A DNA stretch of 64,000 bases from Acidobacteriota bacterium (lineage in GTDB: Bacteria; Acidobacteriota; Thermoanaerobaculia; Gp7-AA8). Each line of letters starts with the position of its first letter. Position 1 is the stretch's first letter. The stretch spans positions 512,001-576,000 of the forward strand of contig JAFATB010000006.1 in the NCBI GenBank assembly GCA_019244185.1, in the 5' to 3' direction. Shown here one piece after another: positions 21,326 through 30,655 of this stretch. The position numbers and the translations under genes were made by a program. The notes under the pieces were generated by a model. It was not told the DNA's origin and did not search any database. It saw nothing but the letters and a program-made list of their open reading frames with translations.

Positions 21326-22009
21326 TCAGAGCGGCGCCGGTGGATCGTAACGATAGCCGAAGCCGACGATCGTGGAGATCCGTTCCGTGCCGATCTTCTT
21401 CCGGATGTTGCGGATGTGCGCGTCCACGGTCCGCGTCTCGATCTCATCCGACATCTGCCACACCTCGGACAAGATGCGGTCGCGCGACACCACCGAGCCG
21501 CGATGCTGCACGAGAAGCCACAGCAGCTCGAACTCCTTCTTGGCCAGCTTCACCTCGCGGCCGTAGCGGAAGACGCGGAACGCTTTCTCGTCGATCTTCA
21601 GCTCCGCGTCCTCGTAGAAGCTCGGCTCTTCCGCGGGCGGCCGCGTTCTGCGCCACACCGCGGCCACGCGCGCGACGAGCTCGCGGATGCTGAACGGCTT
21701 CGTGAGGTAATCGTCGGCGCCGAGCTCGAGTCCCGTGACGCGGTCGCGCTCCGAGCCGCGCGCGGTGAGCATGAGGATCGGGATGCGCTGCGTGGCCGGA
21801 TCGCGGCGCAGCTCGCGGCAGAGCGTGAGGCCGTCGAGATCGGGAAGGTTGAGATCGAGAATCACGAAGTCGGCGCTGCCGCGCTGCACCGCGGCGAGCC
21901 CGTCCTGCCCGCGCGCGAAGTGCGCGACCTTGTAGCCTTCGCGCTCCAGATTCAGGCGCACGGTGAAGGCGATGTCGTTGTCGTCCTCGATCAGTGCGAT
22001 GCGTTTCAT
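21326..22009 (-). CDS. phoB: PhoB/PhoP-like OmpR family response regulator
   Basis: REC domain (ILDLNLP, GADDYLTKPF) plus wHTH (RTVDAHIRNIRKK); between phoU and the kinase. Confidence 0.85.
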   Translation of the reverse strand: MKRIALIEDDNDIAFTVRLNLEREGYKVAHFARGQDGLAAVQRGSADFVILDLNLPDLDGLTLCRELRRDPATQRIPILMLTARGSERDRVTGLELGADDYLTKPFSIRELVARVAAVWRRTRPPAEEPSFYEDAELKIDEKAFRVFRYGREVKLAKKEFELLWLLVQHRGSVVSRDRILSEVWQMSDEIETRTVDAHIRNIRKKIGTERISTIVGFGYRYDPPAPL

Positions 22010-22677
22010 TCGGCGCCGTGCAGCGATGCCCCGTGTTTGATGACTTTGCCTTCGACGAGATAGACCACCATCTCGCAGATGTTCGTCGCGCCGTCGGCCA
22101 TCCGCTCGAAGTACTTGCCGATGAACGTGAGGCGGATGGCGCGCGAGATGTTGCGCGGATCTTCGAGCATGTACGTGAGCAGCTCGCGGAACGACTGCTC
22201 GGTGAGGTGGTCGACGTTGTCGTCCTGCGCGATGACCTGCCGCGCGAGGTTCGCGTCGCCGCGGACGAATGCGTCGAGCGACTGCCGCACCATCCTCTGC
22301 GCGTCGTGCGCGAGGCGCGGGATGTCGACCATCGGCTTGAGCTGTGGCTCGCGATTGAGCTCCGTGACGCGCTCGCAGACGTCCTGCGCGAGGTCGGCGA
22401 TGCGCTCGAGCTCCGGCGTGATCTTCATGATCGTGGCGACGAAGCGGAGGTCCGTCGCCGCCGGCTGCATCTTCGCGATCAGCTCGATCGTCTTCTGATC
22501 GATCTCCACTTCCATGCGGTCGATCTCGTCGTCGCGCGCGATGACTTCTTCGGCGAGGTCGGTGTCGCGCTCCATGAGCGCGCGGATGGACTGGCTGATC
22601 GTGTCCTCGACCATCGCTCCCATACGCAGGAGCAGGTCTTTGATCTCTTCGATGTCGCGGTCGAAATGGCGCTGCAT
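22006..22677 (-). CDS. phoU: phosphate signalling complex protein PhoU
   Basis: QPAATDLR, ELERIADLA, ERMADGATNICE. Confidence 0.95.
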   Translation of the reverse strand: MQRHFDRDIEEIKDLLLRMGAMVEDTISQSIRALMERDTDLAEEVIARDDEIDRMEVEIDQKTIELIAKMQPAATDLRFVATIMKITPELERIADLAQDVCERVTELNREPQLKPMVDIPRLAHDAQRMVRQSLDAFVRGDANLARQVIAQDDNVDHLTEQSFRELLTYMLEDPRNISRAIRLTFIGKYFERMADGATNICEMVVYLVEGKVIKHGASLHGAE

Positions 22678-22691
22678 GCGCGTCGTTCTCC

Positions 22692-23522
22692 TCAGCCGAA
22701 GCGGCCGGTCACGTAGTCTTCCGTCATCTGCTCGCGTGGGTTCATGAAGATGGTTTTGGTCTCGCTGTATTCGACGAGACGCCCGAGCATGAAGAACGCG
22801 GTGCGGTCGGAGACGCGCGCCGCCTGCTGCATGTTGTGCGTGACGATGACGATCGTGTAGTTGTCCTTGAGCTCGTAGATCAGCTCTTCGATCTTCTGCG
22901 TCGCGATCGGATCGAGCGCCGACGCCGGCTCGTCCATGAGCAGGATCTCCGGATTCACGGCCAGCGCGCGGGCGATGCAGAGGCGCTGCTGCTGGCCGCC
23001 CGACAGCGCGCTCGCGCTCGCGCCGAGGCGGTCTTTCACTTCCTCCCACAACGCGGCGCGGCGCAGCGACTTCTCGACGATCTCGTCCATCGACGCGCGG
23101 TGATGCAGGCCGCCGATGCGCAGGCCGTACGCGACGTTCTCGTAGATCGACTTCGGGAACGGATTCGATTTCTGGAACACCATGCCCACGCGGCGGCGCA
23201 GCTGCACGACGTCGACGCCGGGATCGTTGACGTTGCGGCCGTCGATCTCGATGACGCCTTCCGCGCGCGCGCCGGGGATGATGTCGTTCATCCGATTGAG
23301 CGAGCGCAGGAACGTCGACTTGCCGCAGCCCGACGGGCCGATCAGCGCGGTGACCTGCTTCTCCGGAATGGAGAGATTGATGTCGTGCAGCACGTGTGCG
23401 GTGCCGTAGAAAAAGTTCACGCCGCGCGCGTCGATCTTCGGCGGCACGACCGCATCGGGCGGCAGCTGCAGATCGCGCGAGCGCGTGTTGCTGAGGTCCA
23501 TCGTGATCGTGGTCATGGTCAT
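22692..23522 (-). CDS. pstB: phosphate ABC transporter ATP-binding protein
   Basis: [50 protein letters not shown]. Confidence 0.96.
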   Translation of the reverse strand: MTMTTITMDLSNTRSRDLQLPPDAVVPPKIDARGVNFFYGTAHVLHDINLSIPEKQVTALIGPSGCGKSTFLRSLNRMNDIIPGARAEGVIEIDGRNVNDPGVDVVQLRRRVGMVFQKSNPFPKSIYENVAYGLRIGGLHHRASMDEIVEKSLRRAALWEEVKDRLGASASALSGGQQQRLCIARALAVNPEILLMDEPASALDPIATQKIEELIYELKDNYTIVIVTHNMQQAARVSDRTAFFMLGRLVEYSETKTIFMNPREQMTEDYVTGRFG

Positions 23523-24544
23523 CGTCCTCCGAGCCGCGCGCGCGTGCGCGACCGGATCAGCACGCCGGTGAGGTTGAGCAGGAACGTGAGCCCGAGCAGC
23601 ACGAAGACGGTGCCGTAGAGCAGCGGCTCGGTGGCGTCGACGTCGGGCGACTGCGTCGAGAGGATCAGCACGTGATAGCCGAGGTGCATGAACTGATCGG
23701 TCACGTGATGCGGAAGGAACGGCAGGTAATACGCCGCGCCCGTGAAGAGGATCGGCGCGACTTCGCCCGCGCCGCGCGAGACGCCGAGGATCGCGCCGGT
23801 GAGAATGCCCGGCAGCGACGCCGGCAGCACGATCCGGCGGATCGTTTCCCAACGCGTGGCGCCGAGCGCGAGCGACGCTTCGCGTTGCTCCGGCGGCACG
23901 GTGCGCAGCGCTTCTTCCGTCGCCACGATGACGGTCGGCAGCGTGAGCAGCGCGAGCGTCATCGCCGCCCAGATCAGCGAGCCCTGGCCCCACACGATCT
24001 CGCCCGGCGGCTGCGTCCAGCGATCGAGCGCGCGTCCGACGAACTGGATGAAGAAGCCGAGGCCGAAGAGTCCGAAGACGATCGACGGCACGCCCGCGAG
24101 ATTCGCAACGGCGCTGCGCACGATCGTCGCGAGACCCGCGGACAGCACGCGGCGGAACAGCGCCACGCGTCCCTTCTGCCCTTTCGACGCGGCATAGCGG
24201 CCCCACGCGAGGCGCGGACCTTCGCGAGGCGTGTACTCGTGCAGATAGACCGCGGTCGCGACGCCGAACGGCACCGCGACGATGGTCATCAGCAACACGA
24301 GCGCCGCGGTGCCGACGATCGCGGGATAGATGCCGCCGCCGGTCAGCCCCTCGCGCGGCGGCTGCGTGAGAAACGTCCAGCTGATCTGCCCCGCGCCGCG
24401 CACGGCGACCACGCCGAGGATCACGACGAGAATGCCGAGCGTGAGCAGGATGCTGAAGCCGAGCAGACCGACGAGCAGACGATCCTTCAGCGCGCGGCTG
24501 CGCGCCGTCGCGGGCATGGCGATCAGCGGTTGGGCGACGCTCAC
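23519..24544 (-). CDS. pstA: phosphate ABC transporter permease PstA
   Basis: [40 protein letters not shown]; GTG overlaps the pstC stop. Confidence 0.93.
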   Translation of the reverse strand: MSVAQPLIAMPATARSRALKDRLLVGLLGFSILLTLGILVVILGVVAVRGAGQISWTFLTQPPREGLTGGGIYPAIVGTAALVLLMTIVAVPFGVATAVYLHEYTPREGPRLAWGRYAASKGQKGRVALFRRVLSAGLATIVRSAVANLAGVPSIVFGLFGLGFFIQFVGRALDRWTQPPGEIVWGQGSLIWAAMTLALLTLPTVIVATEEALRTVPPEQREASLALGATRWETIRRIVLPASLPGILTGAILGVSRGAGEVAPILFTGAAYYLPFLPHHVTDQFMHLGYHVLILSTQSPDVDATEPLLYGTVFVLLGLTFLLNLTGVLIRSRTRARLGGR

Positions 24545-25491
24545 GCCGCGTCTCCCTGCATCCGCCGGCGCATCTTCGCGATGATCAGATTGCCGAGCGA
24601 GTTGCTGATGAAGGTGATGGCGAAGAGCAGCGTTCCGATGAAGAAGAGCGCCGCGTAGTGCGCGCTCCCGAAGACGACTTCGCCGAGTTCCGCGGCGATC
24701 GTGGCCGAGAGCGTGCGCAGCGGATCGTTGAGGCTGAACGACGCGATCGCGGCGTTGCCGCCCGCCATGAGCAGGATCATCGTCTCGCCGATTGCGCGTC
24801 CGAACGCGAGCACGAACGCGGCGAAGACCGCCGGCACCGCCGCCGGCAGCACGACCTTGATCGCAGTCTGCACGCGCGTCGCGCCGAGCGCCATCGACGC
24901 CTCGCGATAGCCGCGCGGCACCGCCGCCAACCCATCCTCCGAGATCGTGAAGATGATCGGCAGGAGCGCGATGCCGAGCGCGAGCCCCGCGTTGTACGCG
25001 TTGAGGCGATACGTGAAGTGAAACGCCGACTGCAGCCACGACGCGAGCACGAGCAGCGCGAAGAATCCCAGCACAACGGACGGAATCCCGGCCAGCAGTT
25101 CCACCACCGGCTTCACGATCTCGCGCATCCGCCGCGAGGCGAACTCCGACGAGAACAGCGCCGCGGCGACGCCGACCGGACACGCGAAGAGCAGCGCGAT
25201 GAAGGTCGACTTGAACGTGCCGAGGAGCAGCGGAATCATCGACATCTTCGGCTGCTCCGAGGTCGGCTGCCAGACGTAGCGCTCCTCGAAATGCTCGGCC
25301 GGCTTCGCGTTGACGAAGAACTGCGCGAGGTTCGCGTCCTTGCGCACTTCCGGATCGGTGAAGACCGGCAGCGCCTCTTTGAACGTGAAGAGGAAGATCA
25401 GGAAGATGAAGACGATGGCCACGGCGCCGGTCGACGAGAACAGCACCGTCATGAACGCGTCGACCCAGCGGCGCGCGCGGTCGCGGATCAT
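24541..25491 (-). CDS. pstC: phosphate ABC transporter permease PstC
   Basis: [28 protein letters not shown]. Confidence 0.94.
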   Translation of the reverse strand: MIRDRARRWVDAFMTVLFSSTGAVAIVFIFLIFLFTFKEALPVFTDPEVRKDANLAQFFVNAKPAEHFEERYVWQPTSEQPKMSMIPLLLGTFKSTFIALLFACPVGVAAALFSSEFASRRMREIVKPVVELLAGIPSVVLGFFALLVLASWLQSAFHFTYRLNAYNAGLALGIALLPIIFTISEDGLAAVPRGYREASMALGATRVQTAIKVVLPAAVPAVFAAFVLAFGRAIGETMILLMAGGNAAIASFSLNDPLRTLSATIAAELGEVVFGSAHYAALFFIGTLLFAITFISNSLGNLIIAKMRRRMQGDAA

Positions 25492-26411
25492 TTGGTCGTC
25501 GTCCCCGCGGTCGAACCGCCGGCGGTGTCGCTGAGCGGGAAGTAGCCGACCTGTTTGACCAGCGCCTGCGCGTCCGGCGTCAGCGTCCAGCGCACGTACT
25601 TCGTCACGCGCTCCGGCGAGTTGTCGAAGGCGTAGTAGAAGAGCTTGCGGCTGAGCGGATACGTGCCGTCGGCGACGGTCGCTTCCGACGGCGCGACGGC
25701 CGGCGTCGCGGCATCTTTACGGAGTGCGATCGCGCGCACGCCTTTGCTGTACGCGATCCCGCCGTATCCGATGCCGTTCGCGTCGCGTCCGACCGCGTTC
25801 ACGATGGCCGCGGTGCCCTGCAGCGTCTGCACGGTCGCGGCGAAGTCCGCCTTCTCCAGCACGTGCTCTCGGAAGTACTCGTACGTGCCGGACGAGTTCT
25901 CGCGGCCGTACAGGATGATCGGCGCGTCCTTGCCGCCGACGTCTTTCCAGTTGCGCGTCTTGCCGGTGAAGATCGCGGCCAGCTGCGGGATGGTCAACTC
26001 CTTGACCGGATTGCCTTCGTTGACGAAGACCGCCAGCGAGTCGAGCGCGACCGGCGTCTCGACGATTTTGCCGCCGCGCGCTTTCTCCGCCGCGGCGCGC
26101 TCTTCGTCTTTCATCGGACGCGACGCCTGCGCGAGGTCGACCGTGCCGTTGATCAGCGCCGCGATGCCGGTGCCCGAACCGCCGCCGTTGACCTGCACGC
26201 GGTCCGCCGGATTGCGCTTCATGTACTCCTCGGTCAGCCGCTGCGTGAGGATGACCATCGTGTCGGAGCCTTTGATCGTGAGCGGGCGCGACGACGCCGA
26301 TGACGTGGACGATGACGTTTGCGCGCTGCCAGCCGGCGTTTCCGAACGCCCGCACGCGACGAGACCTGCGGCGAGAAAAAGAGACAGCGCGAGCCTTGCA
26401 CGACGATTCAA
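25488..26411 (-). CDS. pstS: phosphate-binding protein PstS (lipoprotein copy)
   Basis: KGSDTM, GGGSGTG, ASRP, RENSSGT; lipobox LVAC; TTG at 26411 chosen from GGAGG SD (ATG at 26453 is the alternative). Confidence 0.9.
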   Translation of the reverse strand: MNRRARLALSLFLAAGLVACGRSETPAGSAQTSSSTSSASSRPLTIKGSDTMVILTQRLTEEYMKRNPADRVQVNGGGSGTGIAALINGTVDLAQASRPMKDEERAAAEKARGGKIVETPVALDSLAVFVNEGNPVKELTIPQLAAIFTGKTRNWKDVGGKDAPIILYGRENSSGTYEYFREHVLEKADFAATVQTLQGTAAIVNAVGRDANGIGYGGIAYSKGVRAIALRKDAATPAVAPSEATVADGTYPLSRKLFYYAFDNSPERVTKYVRWTLTPDAQALVKQVGYFPLSDTAGGSTAGTTTK

Positions 26412-26496
26412 ACCAACGACCTCCGAGCGGCGTGATCTTAGGTTTCGGGTCATGAAGAAGCTGAGCGATCGATGTAAATTCGAGGCAAAGCCAGCG

Positions 26497-26528
26497 GCTA
26501 CTTGATCGCTACTTGATCGCTACTTGAC
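26497..26528. repeat. 11-bp tandem repeat GCTACTTGATC x3
   Basis: gctacttgatc gctacttgatc gctacttgac spanning the stop codon of the upstream pstS. Confidence 0.8.
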
Positions 26529-27338
26529 GGGGAAGTAGCCGACGTCGGTGACGACCTTCTGCCCTTCCGCGGAAAGGCACCAGTCGATGAAGCGCTTCGC
26601 ATCGCCGTTCGGCGCCGCGCGCAGGTAGAGGTAGAGATAGCGGCTGATCGGATACTGCCCCGCGCGCACGGTCTCGAGCGTCGGCACGTACGCGGCGCTC
26701 TTGTCGTCCTTCCGAACCTTCGCGAAATGCACGCCTTTCGCGTACGCGGAGCCGCCGTAGCCGATGCCGTTGACGTCCTTCGACACCGCGTTCACGACCG
26801 CGGCCGTGCCCTGCAGCGTCTGCGCGCGCGGCGAGTAGTCCTTGCCCATCAGCACGTTGTCTTTGAAGTAGGTGTACGTGCCGGACGAGTTCTCGCGGCT
26901 GTACAGGATGATCGGCGCGTCCTTGCCGCCGACGTCCTTCCAGTTCGTGATGCGCCCCGTGTAGATGTCGCGCAGCTGCGCGAGCGAGAGCTCCTGCACG
27001 GGGTTCGCCGCGTTGAGATAGATCGCGAGTCCGTCGCGCGCGATGGCGATGCCGACGCCGAGCGTGGCGAAGCGCGCCTTGAGCTTGTCGACCTCCGTCG
27101 ACTTGATCGGACGCGATGCCGCGGCGATGTCGGTCGTGCCGTTGATCAGCGCCGCCAGCCCCACGCCCGAGCCGCCGCCCGTGACCTGGATCTGCGCCTC
27201 GGGGTTCTTGCGCATGAATGTCTCGGCGAGCTTCGCGTTCATGATGACCATCGTGTCGGAGCCTTTGATCGTGACCGGCTTCGCGGCGAACGCCGAGCCG
27301 GCGGCGAGCAGGAGAAGTGCGATGAATGTTTTCTTCAT
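26520..27338 (-). CDS. pstS: phosphate-binding protein PstS (periplasmic copy)
   Basis: Sec signal MKKTFIALLLLAAGSAFA; KGSDTM, GGGSGVG, RENSSGT. Confidence 0.92.
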   Translation of the reverse strand: MKKTFIALLLLAAGSAFAAKPVTIKGSDTMVIMNAKLAETFMRKNPEAQIQVTGGGSGVGLAALINGTTDIAAASRPIKSTEVDKLKARFATLGVGIAIARDGLAIYLNAANPVQELSLAQLRDIYTGRITNWKDVGGKDAPIILYSRENSSGTYTYFKDNVLMGKDYSPRAQTLQGTAAVVNAVSKDVNGIGYGGSAYAKGVHFAKVRKDDKSAAYVPTLETVRAGQYPISRYLYLYLRAAPNGDAKRFIDWCLSAEGQKVVTDVGYFPVK

Positions 27339-27349
27339 GAGGACCTCGG

Positions 27350-28561
27350 TTAGAACTTGTACGCGTAGCGGAGGGTGAAGACGTTGTCGTCGGGATCGGC
27401 GAAGCCGCGCGTCTTCAGCCGCTCGTACGCGACCATGATTTTGCTGTTCTCGTCCCAGTGAAAAATGTAGGAGCCGCCGAGCGTGGCCACCTTCGCGTTC
27501 GCGGCGACGTGCGGCAGGTCGTGGCCGGAGTCGGGGTCGTACGCGTCGTAGCGAACCGCGAATTGGTGGTACGTGCCGACGTTTTGGATCGCGTAGAGGT
27601 AGTAGCCGGTGACGTCCGCCGCGAGCGCCGCGTTCGCGGCCGCGTTGGGCAGGGGCGGCTGTTTGCCGCGGATGTACTCGCCGCGCAATCCGAGTCCGCG
27701 GATCGGCGTCACGAGCTGAAAGTCGATCCCCTCGCGCTGCTTCGCGAACTCCTGCCCCGCGGTGTTCGACGCGACGGAGACGAGCTCCGCGCCGCGATAC
27801 CACGACACGCCGACGTCGAGCGGGCCGAACGAGCCGCCGACGCGGCCGACGAAGTCCTTGCGCTTGTTGAAGTCGAACGTCTGCAGCGTGCCGGTGCCGT
27901 TGACCAATGCGGCCTTGTAGTTGAAGCGGTCGCCGAATCCGAGGCCGGAGAGCTGCACGCCGCGGTCGCGTTCGGACGGAAACAGCGTCCGCGTGACGCG
28001 CGCGCGTTCCGGCAATTCGCGATCGCTCGACGAGTACGCGATCTCGAAGCCGAACGGCCAGTTGAACTGACCGGCCGTGACGGTGTGATGCCACTGCGTC
28101 CACGGCTCGGTGAACTCGACGTAACCGTCTTTTAGCGAAACGCCGGACGTCGCGACTTCCGGCTGCAGCACGAAGCGCGACGTCGGAGTGAGCTGATACG
28201 TGAACTTCACGCGCGCCTCGCGCACGGAGAACTGGTCTTTGTTGCGCGTCGCCGCGGCGCTGCTCAGCGCGTTGACCGACGACTCGTCATTGACGTACTG
28301 CGCGAGGATGTAGCCGGTGATGCGCATCTTCGAGAGCGCATCGACGCTGTTGTGCATCTCGGTGAACGCTTCCGTGAGCGCGTCGAGCTTGCTCGCCGTT
28401 TCCTCGAGCGTCGGCGCCGGCGGCTGCGCTGCCTCGGCTTCCTGCTGCGGCTGCGGCTGCGGTTCTTCCGTCGACGGCGGCGCGGGCGGAGTTTCCTGCG
28501 CACGCGCGGACAGGGTCACCAGTCCCACACCGAGGCAGAGAATCGCCATGACTCGTTTCAT
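27350..28561 (-). CDS. phosphate-selective porin (OprO/OprP-like)
   Basis: Signal peptide, coiled segment, GQFNWPFGFE..SSSDRELPER, RDRGV, C-terminal aromatic YKF; first gene of the pst operon. Confidence 0.8.
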   Translation of the reverse strand: MKRVMAILCLGVGLVTLSARAQETPPAPPSTEEPQPQPQQEAEAAQPPAPTLEETASKLDALTEAFTEMHNSVDALSKMRITGYILAQYVNDESSVNALSSAAATRNKDQFSVREARVKFTYQLTPTSRFVLQPEVATSGVSLKDGYVEFTEPWTQWHHTVTAGQFNWPFGFEIAYSSSDRELPERARVTRTLFPSERDRGVQLSGLGFGDRFNYKAALVNGTGTLQTFDFNKRKDFVGRVGGSFGPLDVGVSWYRGAELVSVASNTAGQEFAKQREGIDFQLVTPIRGLGLRGEYIRGKQPPLPNAAANAALAADVTGYYLYAIQNVGTYHQFAVRYDAYDPDSGHDLPHVAANAKVATLGGSYIFHWDENSKIMVAYERLKTRGFADPDDNVFTLRYAYKF

Positions 28562-28600
28562 TCGTACTCCTTCGCTTTCGTGCAGGCCGGGAACGCACGC

Positions 28601-28656
28601 AGTCTAGGAGTCGCGGTGTGAAGGAATCTCGGGAGTCGTGTAAAGAGCGGGTAAAG
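28601..28656 (-). promoter_or_regulatory. candidate Pho-box array plus -10 element for the porin-pst operon
   Basis: Minus strand CTTTACCC, CTTTACAC and CTTCACAC in 11-bp register (28649, 28638, 28616), then TAGACT 9 nt downstream. Confidence 0.6.
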
Positions 28657-29566
28657 AACAGGCGAAGGGCTCGCGGGCCGCGTCCGCGCAAACGGCGCGC
28701 TCGCGGGCCGCTTCTTCCGGCTTTTGCAGAGAGTCGAGAGCGTCGGCGAGGGCGAGGCGCGCGCGCGTGCACAGAGGATCGAGTTGCAAGGCGCGGCGAA
28801 GGCAGGACTCGCTTTTCCGTGAATCCGACTCGAGCAGCGCGACGAGGCCGAGCGCGGCCCACGCGTCGGCGAGCATGCGGTCGCGGCGCAGTGCCGCGGT
28901 GGCGGCTTCGGTGACGCTCGCGAGCTCGCGCGCATCGCGCCGCCCGTCGGCGATCAGCAGTGCGAGCGCGAACGCGCGCGCGGCCGCGGCGGAGACGAGC
29001 ATCGGCGCGAGCACCGCCGCGCGCTCGTACAGGCGCGCGGCGCGCGGCAGCGCATCATCGGCGCCGAACCAGTCGAGCGAGCGCGCCGCGGCGTACGCGC
29101 AGAAGGCGTCCCACGCGTGCGCGGACGCCGGCGCAAGACGCCGGCCGATGCTGCCGCCGCGCACGATCGCGTCGCACACGCGCTCGGCGATGCCGCGCGC
29201 GACGTGCAGGATGTCGTGGCAGTGCACCGCGTAGCGATCCGTCCACAGCTCGCGTTCGGTCAGCGGATCGACGAGCAGCGCGACCACGGTGAGCGCGTCG
29301 CCTTCGACGTGCAGCGTGCCGGTGAGCACCGCGTCGACGCCGGAGCGGCGGCCGACTTCTTCCGGCGTGTCGTCGCAGGGCGCGAGCGACTGGCGGCCGG
29401 GCACGACGCGCAGCGATGCGACGCCGCGCAGCTGCTCGATGAGCAGCACCGCGAAGCCGAACCCGAGCTCGTCGTTCGTATCGGCTGAATCAAAACGGGC
29501 GACGGCCACCGACGTCACGTGCAGGCACGCGTTCGACATCGATGGCCGCCGCCGGGGGAGTCGCAT
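28604..29566 (-). CDS. TolB-N-like plus TPR protein (divergent)
   Basis: SVAVARF..., EVGRRSGVDAVLTGTL, LWTDRY, RRALQLDP resemble the TolB_N-TPR module of kinases and cyclases; ATG directly follows the upstream TAA. Confidence 0.6.
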   Translation of the reverse strand: MRLPRRRPSMSNACLHVTSVAVARFDSADTNDELGFGFAVLLIEQLRGVASLRVVPGRQSLAPCDDTPEEVGRRSGVDAVLTGTLHVEGDALTVVALLVDPLTERELWTDRYAVHCHDILHVARGIAERVCDAIVRGGSIGRRLAPASAHAWDAFCAYAAARSLDWFGADDALPRAARLYERAAVLAPMLVSAAAARAFALALLIADGRRDARELASVTEAATAALRRDRMLADAWAALGLVALLESDSRKSESCLRRALQLDPLCTRARLALADALDSLQKPEEAARERAVCADAAREPFACSLPALYTTPEIPSHRDS

Positions 29567-30634
29567 TTACTGGTTGAGCACCGCGTCGCCGGTCACGTTG
29601 TCCGTGACGGCGCCGTAGACGAGGAGCGGCCCCGTGGCCGACCAGGTGATGAAGTAGTCGTCCTGCGTCTGGCTCGCGGTCGGCACGCTGGAGATCAGCG
29701 AGAACGCCGGCTGCTGCGTCATCGCGTAGCCGGGAATCGTGATCGTGTCGCTGCCGAGGATCACGCCGTTCGCGGCGTGCGCGACGAACGTCGCGGTGAC
29801 CGCGGTCGCGCCCGGGTTGAAGTAGCCGACGTTCGTGCGGTAGTCGGCATTGCTCGAGAGGAACGAGATCGTGCCGCTGGTGTCGCCGGCCGGCTGCGCG
29901 CTGTACGAGAACCCGGCGGTGCCGTGGCCCGCGGCGCGCTGGTCGTTGATGACGCGCGCGCTGACGTCGACGTTCTGGTCGGACGTGATGCGCAGGCCAC
30001 CGAGACCGCTGGTGATGCCGAGCGTCGTGCCGGCCATGTCGTTGAGCACCTTCTGCTCGCCCGGCACGACCGTGATCGTCTTCGTGACCGTCGGTGCGCC
30101 GTTGCCCTCCGCGCTCTGCGCGAAGTAGTCGAGCGTCACGTTGGCGACGCTGCCGCCGTTGTTGACGATGCGCATGTCGGTGACGAAGTTCGTGTTGTTG
30201 ATGCCGCCGACCTTACCGACCACCGGCATGTACGAGACGCGCGAGCCTTCGCCTTCCGTCGAGCGCGCGAGCGGGCCGATGAGCGCGCCGTTCGGGAACT
30301 CGCTCGTGCGGATCTTGATCGCGTAACCAAAGGGATTGGCTGCGATCTGATTCGCGAGCGTCGTGGAGATCGTCGTGGTGCCGTTCGACAGCGTGGCCGG
30401 GTTCAGCGACACGACCGAGTTCTCGGACGCGTCGACGATGTCGGCCTGCGTCACGGTGGCGGTGTTCTGCGTGAGCACCGAGTAGTGCAGCGTCGTGCCG
30501 TCGATGGTGATGACGGCGAAACCGCTGCCGCTGGCGCCGCCGATGGGGGTGAGGATGGCGCTGAAGGAGGTCGCGGCGAACGCGGCGACCGGCATCAGCA
30601 CGAGCAGGAACAGCAATGCAGTGAGGCGTTTCAT
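29567..30634 (-). CDS. secreted CHRD-domain protein with C-terminal beta-rich domain
   Basis: Signal peptide; FSAILT..GSGFAVIT..IAANPFGYAIKIRTSEFPNGALIGPL is CHRD-like; then GGINNTNFVTDMRIVN...YRTNVG...DNVTGD. Confidence 0.7.
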   Translation of the reverse strand: MKRLTALLFLLVLMPVAAFAATSFSAILTPIGGASGSGFAVITIDGTTLHYSVLTQNTATVTQADIVDASENSVVSLNPATLSNGTTTISTTLANQIAANPFGYAIKIRTSEFPNGALIGPLARSTEGEGSRVSYMPVVGKVGGINNTNFVTDMRIVNNGGSVANVTLDYFAQSAEGNGAPTVTKTITVVPGEQKVLNDMAGTTLGITSGLGGLRITSDQNVDVSARVINDQRAAGHGTAGFSYSAQPAGDTSGTISFLSSNADYRTNVGYFNPGATAVTATFVAHAANGVILGSDTITIPGYAMTQQPAFSLISSVPTASQTQDDYFITWSATGPLLVYGAVTDNVTGDAVLNQ

Positions 30635-30655
30635 CGTGATGTCTCCTCGGATGTC

